Assembly (NCBI GenBank): GCA_913040915.1
Contig: CAJWHW010000034.1
Coordinates: 1-15,465, forward strand
Reading direction: 5' to 3'
Length of the DNA: 15,465 nucleotides
DNA from: an uncultured Fidelibacterota bacterium
GTDB lineage: Bacteria > Fidelibacterota > Marinisomatia > Marinisomatales > UBA1611
Part shown: positions 9,901 through 15,465 of the stretch, piece by piece
Position numbering within the stretch: position 1 is the stretch's first letter
How the letters are laid out: every line of letters starts with the position of its first letter
Made by a program: the position numbers and the translations under genes
The notes under the pieces: generated by a model
What the model saw: the letters and a program-made list of their open reading frames with translations, nothing else
The model's database searches: none
What the model was told of the DNA's origin: nothing

Positions 9901-10087
9901 TAAAAACAGCAATTGCTACAAACATTAAAGGGAGATAGGATCGGTCAAATTGGGTCAGGAAGATTGTATCTCGGCAAGTAGTACCAATAATTCCGGCCGA
10001 GACAATAGCAAAAAACATTAAAAACAGAAGAACTGCTGGTTTCTTTTCTTCAGATTTGATATTGATTATCGACATAGGGAGATTCAT
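6917..10087 (-). CDS. Npt1/TLC-like nucleotide-transporter membrane domain + HEAT-like helical region + C-terminal cyclic-nucleotide-binding domain
   Basis: First ~400 aa have about 12 TM segments with [25 protein letters not shown] and VDYQFK. Leu-rich helical middle. C-terminal [14 protein letters not shown]...GEV...[19 protein letters not shown] cNMP cassette. The real start may be the second ATG (10075). Confidence 0.85.
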   Translation of the reverse strand: MNLPMSIINIKSEEKKPAVLLFLMFFAIVSAGIIGTTCRDTIFLTQFDRSYLPLMFVAIAVFMAGFITLYKYIIAGHDQILIISLSGLFFTLSLVFFQANLSGLFIPALYIWIEAITIISIFQFWVLTGEIFNARQAKRIFSLISAGGSFAAIGSGIIIKPFINVFGPNKLLFLTIFFIGLYVIIAQLLHPYRKILLSDQNIISNNKPRSLSKFDSYIKSIAILIGLSAFISKTVDYQFKMVAASAFPNSNDLVSFFGSYYMFTGTATLIMQFFVTGFILTRFGILPGLLILPLTLALGSVGFFIFGTISAVFIAKFSDQVFKFSTNNSIQEILWVPIAKEKKKKIKPVIDGTIRASFEGMAGIIIFTLVTFKLITPERIHWLSIFIILGLIIWIWNSFRIHDGYVQALLKAIENRQLNLDEIEYDINDANTIDTIDKTLQDEDELKQLFALDLLWELQLDPWKKTLQNLFSHGSQPVRRAVLELAWKQSEIISDNYLVNIINKKSDLKPFIIACAGDRMIKDIHLEVDLFLNSGDSATAASAAVAILRQNPNHLESKLLLENLLNSNEEGALCTTISFLRNAGEWISIENTQRFLTHPYSDNVKNEMLSVLINYPNQEFLDLIIQNLSSAATYDYALKALLQFDSSLIAKRLHQFLFNESSSFELQLGILKASYHFSNNEMLKAIITKLESEDLRILNGICDALIKLSKNIMINDSSFITINNHISKISKRAYQLYQIMEYLQTDKHAYLLLDQIRNDLENIIPIILKLGTLDKSEIPIETYIRYVQSQDPELLPIVLELIESTFTNNNCKMTLPLIDPDSDKEIIGMKLFPDLIQDPAEFLSIWIENLQPWKSAIAIQYLIKSENTSVLKKINWSELPNSLFETNIFNQIEQDHLNRNYLNKNLSITGGTPMYSILEKTIILKSVDLFKNIPGDILTYIAQISEEVNYEDGEEIFRQGDYGDSLFVIIFGEVDVIQGGHSITKLGKGDCIGEMALLDQEPRSADAFTTQETLLLKIHQEGFYQLMASNSEIMKQIVKLLSHRLRKVNTKLTDAQ

Positions 10088-10155
10088 GAAGTTAGGTCAA
10101 ATGGGATTTGCAAAAAATGTAGATTATCCTAGTGGTTGGAAAATATCCAAAGGCT

Positions 10156-10163
10156 TAACTTTG
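10156..10163 (+). promoter_or_regulatory. Putative pepA promoter element TAACTTTG (Bacteroidota-type TAnnTTTG)
   Basis: Exact TAnnTTTG match ending 38 nt upstream of the pepA ATG, in the divergent intergenic region. Confidence 0.4.
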
Positions 10164-10201
10164 CGTGCATTTTTTTTAAAAATACATATAAAAGGAATCA
10201 A

Positions 10202-11662
10202 ATGTCATACATATCGGAAGTAAAAGCATCAAACCAATCATGGAAAGAAACCGATGCGGGATTGATTGCATGCGGAGTATTTTCAGATAAATCATTCACA
10301 AATCTTGCTAAGAAAATTAACAATAGTTCCAATGGTACTTTGAAAGAAGCAATAGATTTAGGTGGGGTGAAAGGTAAAGCAGGAGAAGAACATTCATTTT
10401 ATATTGAAGGAAAACGAATTTTACTCCTTGGCCTGGGGGAAAAAGATAAGTACAATAGAATGGCTGTTCGTTTGGCGGCAGGAAAGGCTTCAAGAGTAGC
10501 TATTGCCAAAAAAATAGATTCGGTTGCTGTGGACGACTCTCTTTCCAATAATGCCAAATATTTCCAGGAAATTGGTGAAGGGCTCGTATTAGGTAGTTAT
10601 CAGTTTTTAGATTATAAAACAGATAAAAATGAAGTCTTCGAATTAAAATCAGCTACCGTTATAGGGTCCGATAGTCCTGATATTGCGAAGGGTGCTTCCA
10701 TAGGTAATGCAGTCTGTTTTGCAAGAGATTTAGGAAACCATCCGGGTAATGTAACAACCCCATCTCATCTTGCTGCATCCGCAAAAGAAATTGCGAATGA
10801 AGGTGATATGAAATTGACGGTCTTTGATCGAAATGAATTCACTAAAATGGGGATGGGTGGATTAGCAGGTGTTGCTCAGGGTACAGACGAACCACCTAAG
10901 TTCATTATTTTGGAGTATATGAATGGCGGTGACGAAAAACCAAAAGTATTGGTAGGAAAGGGATTGACCTTTGATGCTGGCGGTATATCTATCAAACCTG
11001 CCAATAAAATGGATGAAATGAAGTATGATATGTGTGGATCTGCAACTGTTTTAGGTACAATGAAAGCTATAGCAGCGCTTAAACCAAAAATCAATGTAGT
11101 CTGTATAGTACCTTCCACTGAAAATCTTCTTGGTGCAAAAGCATATAAACCAGGTGATATTCTTAAAGCTTATAATGGAAAAACAATTGAAGTGCTGAAT
11201 ACAGATGCAGAAGGAAGGCTTATCTTAGCAGATGGGTTATCCTATGCAACAAAACACTACAATCCTGAATTTATCCTTGATTTTGCAACACTGACGGGTG
11301 CAGTTTTAGTTGCATTGGGACATATTGCTGCAGGTGTTATGGGTACGGATGAATCATTAATTAATAAAGTTAAAAAAGCTTCCAAAAATACTGGTGAAAA
11401 AGTATGGGAATTTCCTCTCTGGCCAGAATTTTGCAAACAGGTAAAATCAGAAATAGCCGATGTCAAAAATGTCGGCGCAGCCAGACAGGCAGGTACAATT
11501 GCTGGCGGAGCTTTTTTAAAGGAGTTTGTGGGTAAAGATATTCCATGGGTGCATTTTGATATTGCCGGGACTGCATGGGGCGGTAGACCAACCAGCATTG
11601 AACCAAAAGGAAGTGCAACCGGCTGGGGAATTAGACTAGTACTTGATTTAATGGGTGTATAA
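10202..11662 (+). CDS. pepA: Leucyl aminopeptidase (M17 family)
   Basis: GKGLTFDAGG, MKYDM, NTDAEGRLILAD, ATLTGA, HFDIAG. Start moved from 10136 (TTG) to ATG 10202, preceded by SD-like AAGGA. Confidence 0.96.
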   Translation: MSYISEVKASNQSWKETDAGLIACGVFSDKSFTNLAKKINNSSNGTLKEAIDLGGVKGKAGEEHSFYIEGKRILLLGLGEKDKYNRMAVRLAAGKASRVAIAKKIDSVAVDDSLSNNAKYFQEIGEGLVLGSYQFLDYKTDKNEVFELKSATVIGSDSPDIAKGASIGNAVCFARDLGNHPGNVTTPSHLAASAKEIANEGDMKLTVFDRNEFTKMGMGGLAGVAQGTDEPPKFIILEYMNGGDEKPKVLVGKGLTFDAGGISIKPANKMDEMKYDMCGSATVLGTMKAIAALKPKINVVCIVPSTENLLGAKAYKPGDILKAYNGKTIEVLNTDAEGRLILADGLSYATKHYNPEFILDFATLTGAVLVALGHIAAGVMGTDESLINKVKKASKNTGEKVWEFPLWPEFCKQVKSEIADVKNVGAARQAGTIAGGAFLKEFVGKDIPWVHFDIAGTAWGGRPTSIEPKGSATGWGIRLVLDLMGV

Positions 11663-13430
11663 TATTTTCATATCTAATCATAGAATAAAAGGGCTGATTA
11701 TATTTACAATTGGTCCTTTTTTATTTTCGATATTAACTGGAGGCCATCCAATCACTATCGATGGTCAATTCGATGATTGGAATGAAGTGCCACTGGCGTA
11801 TGAGGACCCTGACAGTGATGGGACTGGAGCAGATTTTGCTGATTTAAAAATAACCTATGATAATCATTTTTTATTCTTATATCTAAATTTTCACAGTGGT
11901 GAATATCTAATGCAGGACTGGAATTCATTTTACCTATATATCGATGCTGATAATGATTTGTCCACAGGCTATTCTATATCAGGAATAGGTGCAGAGTTGG
12001 TATGGTTTTTTGGAGATAGGTCTGGGATCCAATATATTAATGGTCAGGAAGTTGGAATTTCCCAAAATGATTTAACTTTACGTATTGGTCCAACGATTAC
12101 ATCTAATCAGTTTGAAGTTGCATTTTCTCGTGAATCAGATATTCTTACAATGAATAATTCCCAAACTTTGTTAGAAGGAAAAATTATTATAAAAGAAGAT
12201 TCACCAAGTTCGGATATTCTCCCAAATGAGAGTGGTGGAATATACTTTAATATTGGAGAAGATTATATTCTTGACCCAACTCCTATTTCCTTTGAACGAA
12301 ATAATGAATCAGATATTCGCATTGTTTCATATAATACTTTAAATGGTGGTATGATTGAGCCAGAAAGGCAACCTCACTTTAAAAGGTTGATGCAGGCAAT
12401 TGATCCGGACGTAATTGCCATTCAAGAGCATTGGGATTGGAATGAGATAGATGATGTAGTCCAATCATGGTTTCCTGAAGAGACTTGGCATGCCAGTTGG
12501 ACTTATCGTGACCTTGTGGTGCTTTCAAGGTTTCCAATTTTAAATGATGCGAATATGATCAGTTCAGAGAGAACCATGACAGCCCTGCTTGATACTGAAC
12601 AAGAATTGGGAACGTCCTTACTTATTTTTAATTCCCATCTATCCTGCTGTAGTGCTAACGATGACCGCCAGGAACAAGTTGATGAATTTACTTCTAAATG
12701 GCGTGATTGGATTTACGAGCATGATGGACCTTTTGCAATAGATCATGGGACTCCATTTATACATTTAGGGGATTTCAATTTTGTAGGATACCGCCAACAG
12801 GTTGAAACTTTGAGAATTGGAGATATCGATGATGAAAATGAATATGGTGAAGATTATTTTCCTGACTGGGATGAGAGTCCGATAATCGATTTATTTCCCA
12901 GACACACACATAAGAGAATGGGTTATACATGGCGAAACGATTGGAGCTCTTATAATCCCGGGAAATTAGATTATATATTTTATTCTGATGCCACAATTGA
13001 ACCAGGTAAACATTTTATTGTAAATACTTTAGCTATGGATCAAGAAGCTCTTGACTACTATGGATTGAATTGGAATGATACTCAGGAAGCATCAGATCAT
13101 TTACCCATAATTTTTGATATTTCAATTAGTACAAATGTTGGGATTGAACTTAAATCGATACAACCAGAAAAATTTATCTTATTAAATAATTACCCAAATC
13201 CATTTAATCCTGTCACAACGATATCTATTAAATCAATTTCTAAAGCACTTGTCAATATTCAAGTTTTAGATATCAAAGGCCGAAACGTGGAAACGCTTTT
13301 CCATGGATACTTAGATGATGGGTTCATGAAACTTGAATGGAATGGAGTAAATCATTCCAGTGGGGTTTATTTTATCAAGTTTAAATCCAAAAATTCTATT
13401 TATTTCAGAAAAATTATGCTACTAAAATAA
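11655..13430 (+). CDS. Secreted endonuclease/exonuclease/phosphatase (EEP) family protein with N-terminal DOMON/CBM9-like domain and C-terminal Por/T9SS-like sorting domain
   Basis: Hydrophobic N-terminus, then ITIDGQFDDW. EEP motifs IVSYN, PDVIAIQE, GDFN, LDYIFY, SDHLPI. Tail NNYPNPFNPVT...SSGVYF...KIMLLK. GTG start overlaps the pepA end by 8 nt. Confidence 0.85.
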   Translation: MYNIFISNHRIKGLIIFTIGPFLFSILTGGHPITIDGQFDDWNEVPLAYEDPDSDGTGADFADLKITYDNHFLFLYLNFHSGEYLMQDWNSFYLYIDADNDLSTGYSISGIGAELVWFFGDRSGIQYINGQEVGISQNDLTLRIGPTITSNQFEVAFSRESDILTMNNSQTLLEGKIIIKEDSPSSDILPNESGGIYFNIGEDYILDPTPISFERNNESDIRIVSYNTLNGGMIEPERQPHFKRLMQAIDPDVIAIQEHWDWNEIDDVVQSWFPEETWHASWTYRDLVVLSRFPILNDANMISSERTMTALLDTEQELGTSLLIFNSHLSCCSANDDRQEQVDEFTSKWRDWIYEHDGPFAIDHGTPFIHLGDFNFVGYRQQVETLRIGDIDDENEYGEDYFPDWDESPIIDLFPRHTHKRMGYTWRNDWSSYNPGKLDYIFYSDATIEPGKHFIVNTLAMDQEALDYYGLNWNDTQEASDHLPIIFDISISTNVGIELKSIQPEKFILLNNYPNPFNPVTTISIKSISKALVNIQVLDIKGRNVETLFHGYLDDGFMKLEWNGVNHSSGVYFIKFKSKNSIYFRKIMLLK

Positions 13431-13444
13431 ATTTTGTTTTGAAA

Positions 13445-13462
13445 CTGATACTTTTTTATCAG
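13445..13462. terminator. Weak hairpin between convergent genes, possible bidirectional terminator
   Basis: CTGATA-CTTTTT-TATCAG, a 6-bp stem overlapping the glycosyltransferase stop codon. Low stability. Confidence 0.25.
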
Positions 13463-14559
13463 GTTATAATACGAGACAATTCTTTATCATAAATGGGCGC
13501 CATAGTTTTCCAGTCAAATGGTTCCGCAATCAATTGTGGTTTAGAATTTTTGACGGATTGTATATTATCTATAGCCCACATGATTTTATCACAAAGATCC
13601 TGATGGTTGTTGTATAAATATTCTTGATGTGAGTCATGCGGAATCAGTTCTGGGTAAGTTAGTTTATTCGGTAAAATGGGCCATGTATTACAATATATAG
13701 CTTCCATCACACTAACTCCAAAAAATTCCTGATTCGATGTTACAGGCAAAATATCGGCTTTCCAGACCCATTGGGCATAGTCTTTAAAAGATTTAGAATA
13801 ACCCCATTGAACAATCTGATTGGCGAAGGATTCAGATGCTTTATGAAAAATATCTGGGTTTTGGCTGAAATTTTCGCCTAGAACAGCTAAGTTAAAATCA
13901 TAACTAGATTTTTTTATTTCTTCTAAGGCTTTAAAAAAGTCATTCGGGTTTTTATCATATTCCCATCTATGGTTCCAAAGAATCAATGGCTTTCCATTAT
14001 TATCAATTGAGTGTTCATCGAACTGTCTTAAGTCCATTCCTAGATGAAGGACTCTACTCTTTTTTTGAATGTTATTTATTGAATCTGTTTCCTGATAATC
14101 AGGGAACTGTCGAAGAAAAATAGGTAATGCATTTAAAAATGAATCCATATGAAATTGTGAATTGAAAAAAACTTGATCAGCTGCCAGCGCAGAAGTAAAG
14201 TTGATAAAACCGTAGTGTGAATCTCTATTGCAATTAATATCGCGATCATTAGGAGACCAGGGATATGTAATTTGATTTTCGTGAAAATATATTGCAGTCG
14301 GAATGTTATGAGTCTTACTTCTTGTCATCGCTAAAAAGGTTGATAAATCCATCATATCAGTGGTCAGAATTAGTTCTGGAGCCCACCCAAGATCATTGAA
14401 TTGGCTGGCCATAGTGATAGCACCTCCATGCATCCTCCATTTCCAGAATTGTCCTTTCATAGTTAATAAATGGATGTTATGTCTGCTATGCTTTGCAAAC
14501 CCCATAGCCCATTGTTTATGAGAACCGGTGAAATAGGGTTCAATCAATAGTATTTTCAC
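13459..14559 (-). CDS. DUF3524 + GT-B (Glycos_transf_1) glycosyltransferase, GTDC1/QTMAN (tRNA-queuosine alpha-mannosyltransferase)-like
   Basis: GTG start, 366 aa. Motifs EPYFTGSHKQW, WKWRM, YFHENQITYP, AADQVFFNSQF, WNHRWEYDKNP and EFFGVSVMEA (E-X7-E of retaining GT4-like enzymes). Confidence 0.88.
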   Translation of the reverse strand: MKILLIEPYFTGSHKQWAMGFAKHSRHNIHLLTMKGQFWKWRMHGGAITMASQFNDLGWAPELILTTDMMDLSTFLAMTRSKTHNIPTAIYFHENQITYPWSPNDRDINCNRDSHYGFINFTSALAADQVFFNSQFHMDSFLNALPIFLRQFPDYQETDSINNIQKKSRVLHLGMDLRQFDEHSIDNNGKPLILWNHRWEYDKNPNDFFKALEEIKKSSYDFNLAVLGENFSQNPDIFHKASESFANQIVQWGYSKSFKDYAQWVWKADILPVTSNQEFFGVSVMEAIYCNTWPILPNKLTYPELIPHDSHQEYLYNNHQDLCDKIMWAIDNIQSVKNSKPQLIAEPFDWKTMAPIYDKELSRIIT

Positions 14560-14656
14560 AAAGAAATTTAAAAATAAAATGGAGTAATGATGTAAAATTA
14601 GGGGAACTGGCTATAATTACATCAAGTACAAAGAAAAACAACTTACTTTAGATAAG

Positions 14657-14740
14657 TGCCCGAGACTGGAGTCGAACCAGCACGCCTGTTATGGCACACG
14701 GACCTGAACCGTGCGCGTCTACCAATTCCGCCACCCGGGC
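14657..14740 (-). tRNA. tRNA-Leu(CAG), CCA not encoded
   Basis: Minus strand: GCCCGGG TGGCGGAATTGGTAGACGCG CACGG-TTCAGGT-CCGTG, long variable arm, GCTGG-TTCGACT-CCAGT, CTCGGGC-A. Anticodon CAG, discriminator A, followed by CTT rather than CCA. Confidence 0.97.
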
Positions 14741-14864
14741 ATTCTAAATCAAAAAATATCTAATGATATAAGGCAATGAATTTTATTCATGACCGTCTGG
14801 CTATCAAAAGGAATAAACTTGGAGAAGGGTAAACTGCTCATGTATTTTTCACCCGCTTTTTATC

Positions 14865-15314
14865 ATGGAAAAAACATCTGTCGTAACCAATCGAAAAGCT
14901 TATCATGAATTTCATATTCTGGAAACATATGAAGCAGGGATTCAACTCCAAGGCAGTGAAGTAAAAAGTATCCGTGAAGGCAAGACCAGTCTAAAAGAAA
15001 GTTATGTGCTTATCAGAGACGGTGAAGCCTGGCTTAAGGGTGCACACATTGCAACATACAGCCACACAGGATTTGAAGGGCATGAACCAGTTCGTGACCG
15101 GAAGCTTTTACTTCACAGAAAAGAAATCAGCCGGATTGGTTCCAAATTAGCCGAGAAAGGGTTAACTGCAGTCCCAACAAAATTATATTTCAAAGGCGGG
15201 TTAATAAAACTTGAAGTGGGTTTAGCGAAAGGGAAAAAACTGCATGATAAAAGAGATACTAAGAAAAAACGAGATATAGAACGAGATATTCAACGAGCAT
15301 TGAGTGAAAAATGA
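14865..15314 (+). CDS. smpB: SsrA-binding protein
   Basis: [45 protein letters not shown]. Confidence 0.98.
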   Translation: MEKTSVVTNRKAYHEFHILETYEAGIQLQGSEVKSIREGKTSLKESYVLIRDGEAWLKGAHIATYSHTGFEGHEPVRDRKLLLHRKEISRIGSKLAEKGLTAVPTKLYFKGGLIKLEVGLAKGKKLHDKRDTKKKRDIERDIQRALSEK

Positions 15315-15465
15315 GTTTTCTGCCTGTAGATGAACAAATGAAATTAATCCGTCGAGGCACGGAAGAGATTATTCCAGAAGATGATCTGAAAATAAAGCTG
15401 GAAAAATCAAAAGAGACAAAAACACCTTTGATTATTAAACTCGGATGTGATCCAAGTAGACCTGA
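15311..15465 (+). CDS. tyrS: Tyrosine--tRNA ligase, 5' partial (not in the ORF track)
   Basis: ATGA overlap with the smpB stop. Translates [51 protein letters not shown]..., the TyrRS N-terminus leading into KLGxDPxxPDLHLGH. Open to the window end. Confidence 0.9.
   Translation, partial: MSFLPVDEQMKLIRRGTEEIIPEDDLKIKLEKSKETKTPLIIKLGCDPSRP

Noticed and set aside
10136..10201. TTG-started extension of pepA
   Set aside because: ATG 10202 has an AAGGA SD, and the extension covers the promoter-like TAACTTTG and a poly-T tract.
455..12996. Short antisense ORFs in the track (455, 1833, 4139, 5306, 5346, 6183, 7473, 8343, 8557, 8925, 10876, 11257, 12775)
   Set aside because: All lie opposite well-supported long genes and show no recognisable motifs; they look like shadow ORFs.
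14657..14740. tRNA-Leu as an island integration site
   Set aside because: No integrase, no duplicated tRNA 3' end noticed in the window, and no obvious compositional shift.
14776..14790. Palindrome ATGAAT-TTT-ATTCAT resembling an ArgR box
   Set aside because: The centre is one base shorter than an ARG box, it is a single copy, no arginine genes are nearby, and such palindromes are common in AT-rich DNA.

Overview
AT-rich, densely coding bacterial chromosome segment with no phage, IS, integrase or CRISPR signal. A Por/T9SS-like C-terminal domain and TAnnTT(T)-type promoter elements suggest an FCB-group organism such as Marinisomatota/Marinimicrobia (inference only). Left to right: a possible partial minus-strand CDS; a coupled operon (divergent DUF1343/NamZ-like secreted protein, probable outer-membrane beta-barrel, UMF1-type MFS transporter); an intergenic region with a GC-rich structured RNA candidate and an 18-codon remnant resembling a class III nucleotide cyclase N-terminus; hotdog acyl-CoA thioesterase and acs; a convergent 1056-aa nucleotide-transporter/HEAT/cNMP-binding fusion; pepA; a secreted EEP-family phosphoesterase; a DUF3524 glycosyltransferase resembling animal GTDC1/QTMAN; tRNA-Leu(CAG); smpB; and the 5' part of tyrS. 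Best leads are the QTMAN-like enzyme in a translation gene cluster, the cNMP-domain transporter with an internal SD+ATG, the structured RNA, and the NamZ-like/barrel/MFS operon. All family calls come from motif recognition by eye; no searches were run.
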